Made by a program: the position numbers and the translations under genes
In this document: positions 25,769 through 38,324 of the stretch, one piece after another
How the letters are laid out: each line of letters opens with the position of its first letter
Numbering within the stretch: position 1 is the stretch's first letter
Source: Octopus vulgaris
Taxonomy: Eukaryota
DNA: 64,000 bases
Direction of reading: 5' to 3'
NCBI GenBank assembly: GCA_951406725.2
Contig: OX597825.1
Location: 75,950,001-76,014,000 of the forward strand
The notes under the pieces: generated by a model
What the model was told of the DNA's origin: nothing
Seen by the model: only the letters and a program-made list of their open reading frames with translations
Databases searched by the model: none

Positions 25769-26519
25769 CATATACATACATATACATATACATATGTTTG
25801 TATTCTTGTACATGTGTGTGTGTATGTGTTTGTGTATATATATGTGTGTGTGCTGTATAGCAATTTTAATACCATATACGTTTAATTATCAAAGGATATT
25901 AACATTTGAAGTTAATCTCTTTCCTTATCACGGCTAATCAAGCCACTTCTATCAATTTATGGCTGAATGCTGGGTAGGGGTGGGGCAGTGGCAACGATAT
26001 AATAATTTATTCTGGTGCAGTTTTTGTTTCTTTTTGCATCTGTATCTGGGATTTGATAAACGGGTTGGTGGTTTGAAATGGTAGTTAAACCATAAGTTAG
26101 TTAACGAGTTGGTGAGCTTCGTCGTCCCTCGACTTCATCCCAAACTTCTTTCTACATTGATTCCTCCTCCTCCGTCAACAACAACAACAACAACAGACCT
26201 ACCTCACTTAAACATCTCAATCTAATTACTCACTGAAACTAAAGCATACTTGTTGCTATAGAAACTAACCTTATTGCCAAGCTTCTTCGTTTTATGGCCT
26301 GAATCACTTTAAAGATCAATAAACTTCATCTCCTGTTCCTTCTTTATTCTTTAAACTCCAGCTATTGACTTGTGTAACCCTTCCTCTATCCCTCCCCCTC
26401 TACCCCCTCCACACATACGTACATAAAACACTGCGTTTCAACATTGTCTTTGTTTTTTTACTTAGTTGTTTTGCTATATTCCGACAAGGATGGAATGAAA
26501 TGTTTTCAGCAGGACATAT

Positions 26520-26665
26520 TCTCTGTAACTGTGTATACATGTAAGTTCCTTCGCTAACACTGTCACTCAGTTTGTGTAACTCTTTATAACTGCATTTGTA
26601 AACAGTGTAACTGGTCTCATGACTATGTTTATAACTGTGTAACTGGTTCAGTTAACTGTGTCAGC
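26520..26665. repeat. Degenerate short-unit repeat (gtaactgtgt-like)
   Basis: Repeated taactg/taactc motifs at irregular 10-30 bp spacing. Confidence 0.5.
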
Positions 26666-26710
26666 CAGTAAATATTATATTTTCTAGCTTACAACTCTAC
26701 ATAGTATATA

Positions 26711-28867
26711 CTAGCAGAAAGACTGCCTTCCGGGCGGTTTTCTGCTGGCCACTCGATAATATTTCCACATTTGATTCGCAATTCTGATAATTTTTATGAG
26801 ATCTTATGTCTAATTATTTCTTTGTATAACAATGCTCACTTGCTTAGTAAATATTGCTTTCATTATTTTATCACAGTCATAATCTCACTTTTTTAAAGAG
26901 TTATATATTTATCATTAATAATTGGTAGAACTTACATATGTGTCCATGGATGGATGGATGGATACACACACACACACACAAAAGTCTGGTGCTATGAGAA
27001 CACATGGGAATAGCGTTTCCTTCTTTTTCAAATATGTATTTACACTGATCTAATATAATGATATCATTCATTCGGCATGTGTTGAAATATGCCTAAACAA
27101 TTTAATTCCACACAAATATATGTTACTTTACAAAATTTATGTGTTAATTCTGTTTACTGAAACTAGCTAAAAAGCATATTTTGCTTTAAAGTAGTATCTC
27201 CTTGTAGACACAGTTGTCAGTAATTATACTGTTTCCATTTCTCTCAGCCAATGTTTTCTTTCAAACTCTAGATAATGAAACATACAGCTGACCGTGTGAG
27301 AAGAACTCTGTCAGAAGATATATTCCGATTTGTTCAAAAGTCTATCCCTGTACCTTGTTGCACGTCAAGGAAAAAGCTGGCTTGACAGGAAATAGTTTAC
27401 GTGTAATTGTGAATGGAAATTCCATTTCTTGAGATACATGTGGTATTCTTGGGATTAGCAGAGTTAATCCTGCATAAGGACCAGAAGCACCCTCAATAAC
27501 ATGATCATATAAACTGACAATGATGTAGTGTGTGCTATTGCAATGTCCATTAGTAGCATCTAAATTTTTTAGAAGCATTATGCATCACTTTTCCTTCAGT
27601 TTAAGAAAGTGTGGTGGAAACCCTGATGGTGTAAGTTTGTTGATGAACTCGATTGGGTACAGAGTTTCATTATCAGCTGTATCTGAGCTTCTGTATATTT
27701 TTAGCTCATCAGGGATCCTGGTCAACAGAGAATCATTCACAAATAGTGCTGCTTCATTTGTTGGAGTAACAATGGTTCTATTTGCAAGCCACGCAGCATT
27801 TGTTAAGCTATTTTTGATGTCGATATATACAAAAATCACATAGATCTGCAAGAGTACCATTCTCAAGGCAAAGGTCATTGGGTAGTTTGATTTTGAATTC
27901 ACCTAGGCTTTGTTCAACAGATATGTTACCATTTCCTACATCAAGAAGGTAATTAGCAAACTCTCTTTCGTCAGAATGACCTTCTGCAAGAAGTCTTAGA
28001 TTGGTTGTCAACTCTACTACTTCCACATGATCTCAAAGAAAAGATCTCTTTAGTGTTGCATCAACAATTTGTGATCTGACGCCATTACTTTGAAGTAGAA
28101 TATTCTCCTCTCAAGATACCCTAACTAGTCGGTCATGTGTTGCAGAAACAGAATCATGACTATGTCTCTGTACATATTCAGACATCTGTTTCAGTCGCAT
28201 TGCCCTGGTTTCCTCTGATTCAGTTGCCCATCTTTCTCTCTGCCATTGTGCCTTTGCTGTTAAAGACTATTTTGTTTAGCATTCTAGAAATAGCAGTGAT
28301 CACATAGTTATATGGTAAGGCCTATAACATTCCAAGTAGCCAAACTAACAAAATCACTTCTTCATTTAAGAAAAAAAAAAAATTATACTGGTATATTAAA
28401 AAATTTTCATTTTATCAGAAATTTCATTTAACAAACTCTAGAAACTGATAATATTCTTGAAATTGTGTCTCGTATCAAAGTTATATAGCTATTATTAAAT
28501 TATCATTAATGAAAATGGAGGTGAGCAAAAATGAGAAACTGTTGCAAATAAAAATGTAAAATGTTGCCTGAAACGAATTAATAGTGTTTATTATTAAACA
28601 TTAAAATCTACTTCGTAGTGAATGCAATGAATATTTAAATTTATGAAGAATTGGACGCAGTGAATGCAATGAATATTTAAATTTGCAAGAATTTGGAGTT
28701 TAAAAAATTCGATAAACTTCAGAAATTGAAATTATAGGAAATTTCTTAGAACACGAATCAGTAAAAATATTTCCAGATGGTCAAGCTTTTAATGTTGCTT
28801 TCTTTTAGTACTTTTAGTAATTGTGACATACCTAATTAATAAGCAGCTTTCTCCGTTATAGTATAGT
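26711..28867 (-). mobile_element. Internally deleted Helitron (about 2.16 kb) carrying a decayed PIF1-type helicase C-terminus
   Basis: Minus-strand frames give NLRL..FANYLLDVGNG, RTIVTPTNEAA, YPIEFINKLTPSGFPPHFLKLK, MLLKNLDATNGHCNST, FPVKPAFSLTCNKVQG*TF, FSHGQLYVSLSRV. The 3' end is a GC-rich hairpin ending CTAG|T at 26711. The 5' end (t)CTATACTATAACGG is near 28867. The flanks rejoin into one MITE. Confidence 0.9.
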
Positions 28868-29112
28868 TTGTAAACATTCAAATATCGTCACTACCTTTCC
28901 AAATCTTGGGGCATTTCACGTGGAATTTTTGGCCCTCCAAAGTCATCTTAGTATATAAGTTGATTGTTTTTGGTTGTAAATTTTGGTCTAAAAAATTCTA
29001 CTTGTATGCCATAGAATACAGTATGTGTAGTTGTGCTTGTAACTCTCTTTAACTGTCTCTTTTGAAAATGTGTAACTCTAATAATGTAACAATGGGCAAC
29101 TTTAATTTTAAT

Positions 29113-29410
29113 GTCATCATCATCATCTTTTAACGTCCGTTTTCCATGCTAGCATGGGTTGGACAGTTCAACTGGTGTCTGGGAAGCCAGAAGGCTGCGC
29201 CAGGCCCAGTCTGACCGGGCAGTGTTTCTACAGCTGGATGCCCTTCCTAATGCCAACCACTTCGTGAGTATAGTGGGTGCTTTTTACGTGCCACCTGCAC
29301 AGGTGCCAGACGAGGCTGGCAAACGGCCATGTTAGGATGGTTCTCTTACATGCCACCGGCACTGGTATCACAGCTACAATTTCCATTGATGTTGATCAAT
29401 TTCGATTTTG
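29113..29410 (-). mobile_element. RTE 3'-tail retroposon
   Basis: (CAT)n...aacgtccgttttccatgctagcatggg...ggatgcccttcctaatgccaacc...ggtgctttttacgtgccacc. Confidence 0.85.
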
Positions 29411-32157
29411 ATTTGTAACTAAGATAAAACTAATGCTTTTTTTTTAACTGAGACTTGGTATTTGTTTATATTTGTCAAAAGTCTCACAGCAGTGCCATTT
29501 ATATCACCGTTGCCATCAACCATCCCCCATCCATGCTGACATGAGATGGATGGTTTGACAGGATATGATACATTGGGTGACCACTTCAGTGTCTCAGTTT
29601 TCATTTGATTCCTTCATGCCAATCACTTTACAAAGTGTATTGGTTGGTTTTTATATGATACCAGCACCAGTGAGGTTACCTTGTAATTGATAAAACCAAA
29701 GTACAATTAAGAATTACACACATTTTGGGGCAATGTTAATTATATGTAACTATCTGCCGATGTCAATGATTTGTAATTTCCGTTTTGTTGAGAAATAAGA
29801 TTCACAGTTTTTTTGTTTTTTTTTTTTCTAATTTATCAGTTTTCATTATTAGAATTAATTACAATCATTCAAGTTATTTTCATTTTATCCTAAAGGCTAA
29901 AATAACTCACATCAATAACAAATGTTTGCAATCTTTCAGTAAAATTAAGCTTCAACAACTGAGATTAAACTTGTATTTATCAAACAACCATTAACTTTCT
30001 TGTCTTAATTTAAATATGTAAATTGATATTAAGTGAAATTTTAATATTTCAGGTGTGTGTGTGTGTTTCCTTTTGGCTGTGAAGGTTCCTCAGTTCATTC
30101 CACTGATCTTGTTGACGCTGGTGTCATTAAGAAGTTGATATTAAATAAGCAACATTAGACTGATTAATAATTTGAACAGCTCAGACTTTAGTAGAATCCT
30201 CTGCTGGTTCACTGGCGGCAGTAAAAACTGATTAATGCTGATAATTAGAATGGTAATTATCACCGTTGCCATGGTATAGTAATTTGAAAGAAATAAGTTT
30301 ATGCATTACTACCTTGATAATAAAGGAATCTTTGTTCATTTACAAACTGAAAATGGCATTTATAAGAAGTATAGTACCAAGGAACAAGGTTAATAATGTC
30401 TGATTGACTTCCTTTTATAATGCGTTTATTACGCAAGACTAAAAAAAAAGATGATTAAATGCTTGAGTTTCAAATGCTCATTAACTATGGTTGTCATCAT
30501 CATTGTTATCATTCATTGTCCATTTTCCATGTTGGCGTGAATTGGACAGTTTGACAGAATTTGGTAAGCTGCGAGCTGCTTCAAGCTCCAGTGTCAGCGA
30601 GGGCATGGTTTCTGTGACTGGATGCCCTTTCTAACACCAGCCACCTTTGAGTGTGTACTTGATGCTTTTTTTTCTTTTCATACCAGAGGCACTAACAAGT
30701 TTACCAAGTAACTTTTGAGACAGGAAAAGAACAGGAAAGAGCCCTCTCGACTAAGTTGTAGGTAGGGAGAGTAAATTGAGTGGAAGAGGTGGTAAATGAA
30801 AATCAGTCCAAAGAAAGTAGGGTAAATTGCAAACAATTTAGTTTATAAATCTGGATATGTTTTATGTGATGTGAGTCAACAAGAATTTGATATTTCAGGT
30901 AAATTCTTTTATGGCAGAGGGAAAATTATTTGAGATTTTCTCAAAACACCACAATTCATAATTTTCCCTGTGCATTAAACCTCTCTGTCTGTCTGTCCGT
31001 CCGTCTCTCTTTCCCTCTCATAGGAACATGTAAGAGGTGCTTTAAATGAGTGTCAGGTAAAACCACAAAAATTATGACAAAACAACTTTTAGCATTTATT
31101 TCATGTTGTCCTATTTTTTCAGATAGTTGTAGCATTGTTTAATTGGTGCTTAGCTTCATGTTGGACCTGGTCCTGCAGATATGTGATTTCTTACATATAT
31201 ATATATTGGTACATATATGCATGTGTGTGTGTGTGTACATACATACAAACATATAATGGGCTTCCATAAAGTTTCTATCTACCAAATCCACTCACAAGGC
31301 ATTGGTCAACTCTGGGCTATCATAGTAGTAGTAGTAGTAGTAGTAGTAGAAGATACTTGCCGAAGGTGCCATGTTCCGGGACTGAACCTGGAGCCACATG
31401 GCTGCAAAGTGAGCTTCTTAACCACACAGCCATGCCTGCACCTCTTGCCTTGACTGTAGTGTCAGTAGGGTGGATAGACATGTGAGAATGGACAGTATAT
31501 TACACATGTAGTATCAATAATTAGTGGTTGTCTGTTGTGTGAAAATATGGTGTGAATGTGTGTTGATGGTATAGTATAAAAATGACTTTGATAGGAGAAA
31601 TACTCGTAATTAAAAAAGCAGATATTAGAAAAGGATTTTTAAAGAAAATGAATGAATTAATTTTCAATTATTGAGAATTACATCTAAAATGTGAACAAAT
31701 ATTGATCAGGTGATATTTTGGGGATTTATTCACTAGTTTGACTATTTGACAGCATGTAGTAATATGTTTGTGTGTGCATGCATATGTGTGTGTGTGTGTG
31801 TTATTTTGCTTAGAAGTGACATGGAAGTTACAAGGGGCATTTTCTGGCCACTTAAAATAAAGAACTCAATGTTAGAAGTCTGTCAAAAGTTGAATCCATA
31901 ATTGTGAGCCAGGCAAAATCTGTTTTGTCAGGCTTATGGTTATGAATTAAACTACTGTATAGGTGCAGGAGTAGCTGTGTAGTACCTTGGACCAGTACCT
32001 CATGCTATTGCCCCAAGCTGACTAAAGCCTTCTAAGTAGGTTTTACAGTTGGAAATTCAAAGACTAACAGCATATATATATGTGTGTCCCTTTTTGTATC
32101 ACATAGTTGTCCTGATGTTTTGCATTCTTGTCCCATTTTGTATTTTATATATATATA

Positions 32158-32433
32158 TCATCAACATCATTTAGTGTCTGCTTTCCATGCTAGCATGGGT
32201 TGGACAGTTCAACTGGGGTCTGGGAAGCCAGAAGGCTGCACCAGGCCCAGTCTGATCTGGCAATGTTTCTACAGCTGGATGCCCTTCCTAATGCCAACCA
32301 CTTCGTGAGTGTAGTGGGTGCTTTTTACGTGCCACCGGCACAGCTGGCAAACAGCCACGATCGGATGGTGCTTTTTACGTGCCACCAGCACGGGGGCCAG
32401 GCGAGGCTGGCAACAGCCACGATCGGATGGTGC
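32158..32433 (-). mobile_element. RTE 3'-tail retroposon with internal tandem units, nested in an older SINE
   Basis: Same tail; the unit ggtgctttttacgtgccacc...agccacgatcggat occurs twice. Confidence 0.85.
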
Positions 32434-33300
32434 TATATATATATATGGGTGTGGATGCATAATTGTTTCTTTGTCTTGACGTTGTTTGATAATTGTAAAC
32501 AAGCATCACCGTCAGACAGGTGCTGTCCTTCATTTTCAATATTCAATGGAAATTGTCCGACCATCGGAAAATATTAACTTACATGTAAACAGGTGAGGGT
32601 TGGTAACAAGAAGGGCATCTGGCTGTAGAAAACCTGTCATATCAATTCTGACCCATCCAAGCATGAGAAAGTGGATGATCTAATATACATTTTGGTATAT
32701 TTACTGAATCTAGATGAATGTAGAGATAAAGACTAGGCCGTTTGGCATCATCAGTTGTAGCGTTAGTCTGAAATTTAAAGGTCTGTTTTGACTTCTGATT
32801 GCAATTCATTTAAAAGGAAGTGTGTGTGTGTGTGTGTGCACACGTGTGCATACAACTAAGCACATAAATGCGAAAAAAAAGGTGGATAAGTAATACTTGA
32901 ATACCTAAGGTAGAATAATATGCTTTTATTGCAGCTGCAAAACTGTTACTCAGTTTAACATTCCCATTTGTATGCAGCTCTATTAAAAGTGTACACACAC
33001 ACACACACAATGTATGTATTTGTGTGTACGTGTGTGTGTGTGTGTGTGCATGCATGCATGCGTATAATGTGCAAGATGAAAAGAGAATTAATTTTCTCTC
33101 AGATGCCTCGTTTGTTGGCTAGACTAATAGAAAGCAATCAGTTTTTTTGGTAAACTTAGAATCAGTGGCTGGTCAAAATATCCTGAAAGCACACTGACCT
33201 GCCAATATAGTTAATAACGATTGATGTCTTGCAGACTTTCTGCTAGTGAGACTATTTGTTCATCATAGCAATACCACTTAGATAATAAATTACCTGCATG

Positions 33301-33337
<37 letters not shown>

Positions 33338-33431
33338 AGTGTGTGTGTGTGTGATAGATTTGGTTATATAACAAATAAGACTTATTACATATTCCAAAAT
33401 ATATGTAAGTACATCAATATAAATGTGCAGA

Positions 33432-33463
<32 letters not shown>

Positions 33464-34764
33464 AAAACCTAGCAAAGATGAAGGTTTGGGTAAGAAAGAT
33501 GACAGGATTCTAATACCTTTGGAGAAATAGCTTTTTTTCAGTAAGCAGGAAAAGGCACAGGTAGAAACTCTATATGCTGTGCTCAGTATAAGCTTTGAAC
33601 ACAGAAGAGATGTAGTGGAATCATGGGTCGATGATCAGAGAACATAAGCTTCATATATGTTAGATACATTGGAGTAGTATGTACACTATGAGTACACTTT
33701 GTACTGTACCTGCCACTCTCTTCCCCATCCATTCCTGAAACTTACCTGACATTGTCATCCCACTAAAGTTTTTCCCCTGTCAACTCCTTCACTATCAGTC
33801 ATATCCTCCTACCTCTAGGCTCTCTTCCCCTCTCATTTTTACCTGCCTCATAATTTGTAGTTTCACCCTGTCACTACTATTTTTAATATTTTCTCACTCC
33901 ACCCTTGTCCTCACACACTTTATTCTAAACATGTTGCCATGTAGTTTCTTTACAGCAAGCCACACTTTCTGCTCTGCATTAACCCCTTTTTGCTTGTCTT
34001 CTCCTAGCATGAAGTTACCCCTTTGGATTTGTTGTCGTGTAAGCTCCTTGTGGCATGAATAGAGCTCACACTTTGTGCTATAATGTGGTTGGCATTGGAA
34101 GAGCATCAGGCCATAGAAACTATAATAAAGCAGACCCAGAAGTATGATGCAGTCCTGGGCCCTCTGCATCCTGTCAGATCATCCAGTCCATACCAGCATG
34201 GAACATGGACATTAACTGAATATGATGATGTTATATGTATATATGCATCAATATAAGATCTACTTGATTGTGGTAAAACAGCTGATTAGCTTCTAACATA
34301 TACACAACTTGTTTTAGATAACTCAAAATAATAATCAGTCAATGAAAATTTATTAATCACTATATCAAATAGATTTCCCCCGTATCAAAATTAAAAAGGT
34401 AATCCCAATAAGATGACAGATTCTACACAACTACAGTTGAAAACCAACTTGTGTTAAGTATGCAGAAAGTAGATATAAGATTGAAGGGAATGCAAAAAGC
34501 AGTTACGCACTACGTGTTAGCAAAGTGGACAAAATCAATATTATGAGTTATGAGTTATGCAACCATTTGTCGCAATGAATTAGTCAAAAATTTTTTTGAA
34601 TAATTCATTGCAGTTGCACAAACAGTTACACAACCAGCAGTCTGCCCCCGAAGAAAAGGTAGAAATCATTATTATGAAGTTGTTTTAATAACTCCATTAC
34701 ATGGATTTCATCCACTTTGGAAACATATGTAGTGCATAACTGCTTTTTCCATTCCTTTCATTCA

Positions 34765-34802
34765 CATATGCATATACATACATACATATATATATATGTA
34801 TG

Positions 34803-34876
<74 letters not shown>

Positions 34877-34909
34877 CATACACACACACATATATATATA
34901 TATATACAT

Positions 34910-34940
<31 letters not shown>

Positions 34941-34953
34941 CATACACACACAC

Positions 34954-34988
<35 letters not shown>

Positions 34989-35001
34989 TACACATATATA
35001 T

Positions 35002-35086
<85 letters not shown>

Positions 35087-35235
35087 CACACACACATATA
35101 TATATATATACACATATATATATATATATATATATATGTTTGTGTGTATGTATGAATATGTGGTATATTTGTATATACACACACGTGTGTGTGTGTGTGT
35201 GTGTGTAGATATGTGTATGCATGTATATATATTTG
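34765..35235. repeat. Long compound (AT)n/(AC)n microsatellite
   Basis: About 470 bp of alternating TA and CA blocks; source of six spurious ORFs. Confidence 0.95.
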
Positions 35236-35696
35236 TGTAAATCTATGCAGGTGTGTGTGTGTATGAGAGAGAGAGGTGATGATAATATGAAGAAAATGTT
35301 CCCTTGATTTTATATTTCTAATTGTATTTATCCATCAAAACATTGTAGAAACCTTTCAATAAAGAAACCAAAGGTAATTAAATCTTTTCTTGATCAGCTG
35401 CTTTGTGTTGATTATGTAGAAATCTAATGATTGCCAATGTTCGTTTATTTCCAAATCAAATGAATGTCTTTAAACAACAGTTTATAGATTGTGTGTGTGT
35501 GTGTGTGTGCCTGTGCTTACACGTGTATGTATGTGTTTTTAGCAGTTTGGTTTTAACAGAAAGATAAGGAAAATACACATTTATTTCTTATAAAGTAGAA
35601 ATATTTCTTAGATAATTACAAAAATGTCTGCAATAATTTTCTCTTTCTACTTCTGTTGATGTTGTTATTATTACTATTATTATTATTATTATTATT

Positions 35697-36040
35697 AAGG
35701 TGGCAAGCTGGCAGAATCGTTAGCAAGCTGGGTAAAATGCTTGGTGGCATTTCATCGGTTTTTACATTCTGAGTTCAAATCCCACTGAGGTCAACTTTGC
35801 CTTTCATCCTTTCAGTTCGACCCCAGCGATCAACTGGTACTCATTTTATCGATGTAATCGACTAGCCCCCTCCCTCAAAATTAAAGACCTTTTGCCTAGA
35901 GTAGAAAAGAATAGATTATCAGTCTAACACTGGGGGTCACTGCAATTGACTAACCTCACCCCTCAATATTTTAGCCCTTGTGCCTATATTAGGAAGCATA
36001 ATAATTATTCAGGTGGTGAGCTGTCAGATTCGTTGCATAC
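35697..36040 (+). mobile_element. Meta-like SINE plus adjacent truncated copies after a (TTA)n tract
   Basis: aaggtggcaagctggcagaatcgttagc...gactttgcctttcatccttt...agtagaaaagaat. Confidence 0.75.
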
Positions 36041-36270
36041 CTGGTGCTAGTAGAAAGCATGTTGGGTTTTTTCCAGGTGTTACACTTACATCATCAAGGC
36101 AAGTTATAGCTTGAATGTAGAAATATATATAGAAAAGGAGAGGAAAAGGAGAAAGGGAAACAAAGAAATGAAACAGGGAAAAATGGAATCAGTGAAAGAA
36201 TAGAAAGCAGGGAGAGAGAAGGTCTATATTATTAGAAGGTGTGATAGCTAATTAAGTAGGTAGGTAGATA

Positions 36271-36668
36271 GGCACAGGAGTGGCTGTGTGGTAAGTAGCT
36301 TGCTAACCAACCACATGGTTCCGGGTTCAGTCCCACTGCGTGGCATCTTGGGCAGGTGTCTTCTACTATAGCCTCGGGCCGACCAAAGCCTTGTGAGTGG
36401 ATTTGGTAAACGGAAACTGAAAGAAGCCTGTCGTATATATGTATATATATATATGTGTGTGTGTTTGTGTGTCTCTGTCTGTCCCCCTAGCATTGCTTGA
36501 CAACCGATGCTGGTGTGGTTATGTCCCCGTTACTTTGCGGTTTGGCAAAAGAGACCGATAGAATAAGTACTGGGCTTACAAAAAGAATAAGTCCTGGGGT
36601 CGAGTTGCTCAATTAAAGGCGGTGCTCCAGCATGGCCACAGTCAAATGACTGAAACAAGTAAAAGAGA
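36271..36668 (+). mobile_element. Young full-length tRNA-derived CORE-like SINE with 10-bp TSD
   Basis: TSD TAGGTAGATA at 36261-36270 and 36669-36678. A/B-box-like head (tggctgtgtgg...gggttcagtccc), CORE-like gtggcatcttgggcaggtgtc, internal (TA)/(TG) tract. Confidence 0.92.
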
Positions 36669-38094
36669 TAGGTAGATAGATTTGCTACAATAATACAAGT
36701 TCAAACATTCACTTCTGTATTTTTCTTAACACCATGGTATATTGTGTTAACTAGGATGGGGATGAAATTATGAAAAGATAAATGTATATTTTACCATCCA
36801 TCGTTCATAAGCATCCCTTCAGTGCCTTTTTTTTAAAAAAATTTCTTTCATTCCAACCTTTCTATTATATGACATTATTTCATCTATATCTAGAACACAG
36901 AATATAGTGTTATATTCTGTTATCAATGTATTCATAAAAAAATTCAAAGTATAGTATAAATGTTTCTGCATTTTTGGGTTGTTTTTTTTTAAACAGTCAT
37001 ACATCCCTTTGTTTCGAAAAAATGTTCTCTGATGCATTGCTATGACTGACAGGGGTCATTAGTTTGAATCCAGTCTTGTCTGCTAGGTATACATTGAATT
37101 TATACTATAACTTACCACCCCATGTCTAATAGAATAAGAAAATATTTTCTTTGACAGTTTAAAGCAGCTTCTGATTTGCATAGATGATTAGAAGCCCAGC
37201 CAATTGTGTTACTAGGTTTACATGCTGCTGTTAAGGAATAACCAGAATACTCTCTGGTGGAGTTACTGTATGGCTCAGCACTTAAGCTGTCTGGTCAACT
37301 GGTATTGGCTACAACTACTCAAACAATCCACACCCAAACAATCCATGCATAAACATAATGCATTATCCTACAACTGCCTTTTTTATAGTTCCCAAGCAAA
37401 AAGAAAAAAGAACTGCAGAACTTTAGATTTTCTGTGAACTTTTCATTGTTGCATGGGCATTTTTTTTGTCAACAGTTTTTCAGATAAATAGGTAGGTAGG
37501 GAGATAGAGGGATAGACTAACTGCCTGCTTGCTACCACCACAACTACCATCATCACAACTTCAGCTCATACTATTACTATCACCCCCATTACTATCACAA
37601 CTGTCAATCTACTATCATCTCTATGCCTACTATTACCTTCACCCCACCATGAGCAATTGTAGAAGTGTCAATGAATTGTGAGAGAGAGGGGGTTCAAAGT
37701 GTGACACACAGAAATTAGTTTTTGCATTTATTATATTATATGATGACCACTCTGTCTGATATTGTATATATTTTTATACATTTATTGAATCTGGGTAATG
37801 TAGAACTAAAGAATAGGCTTTTGGCATTATTGATTGTAAGATTGATCTGAAATTTAAAGGTTATGTTTTAACTTGTGATTGTAAGTCTACAGCCAGTAGA
37901 GGCCTGAGCCTGGTAGTATTCAGTCATGCCCTGTCATGGTCTGAGTTTAAACCTTTCTTCGATGAACTAAACAGTTATCTTCCAGGCTTGTGTGTGTGTG
38001 TGTGTGTGTGTGTAATTTGTATCAGTCAAGAGGCATTTGAATGATCTTACCAGCTGGTGTCCTTGTGTCTATGTTAGACTATATATTCCTTCCT

Positions 38095-38324
38095 AAAGGT
38101 GGCGAGCTGGCAGAAACGTTAGCATGCTGGGCGAAATGCTTAGCGGTATTTCGTCTGTCGTTACGAGTTCAAATTCCGCCGAGATCGACTTTGCCTTTCA
38201 TCCTTTCGGGGGTCGATAAATAAAGTACCAGTTTTGCACTAGGGTCGATGTAATCGACTTAATCCATTTGTCTGTCCTTGTTTGCCCCCTCTATGTTTAG
38301 CCCCTTGTGGGTAGTAAAGAAATA
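38095..38324 (+). mobile_element. Young Meta-like SINE with 15-bp TSD
   Basis: TSD TATATATTCCTTCCT at 38080-38094 and 38325-38339; CpGs largely retained. Confidence 0.93.

Noticed and set aside
27200-28090. Host PIF1 helicase gene
   Set aside because: Multiple stops and frameshifts, no introns, and bounded by Helitron termini; it is transposon-derived.
34697-35240. Long ORFs rich in YI/HT/CV dipeptides (also 25601-25937, 44808-45134, 52770-53230)
   Set aside because: Translations of (TA)n/(CA)n/(TG)n microsatellites; not genes.
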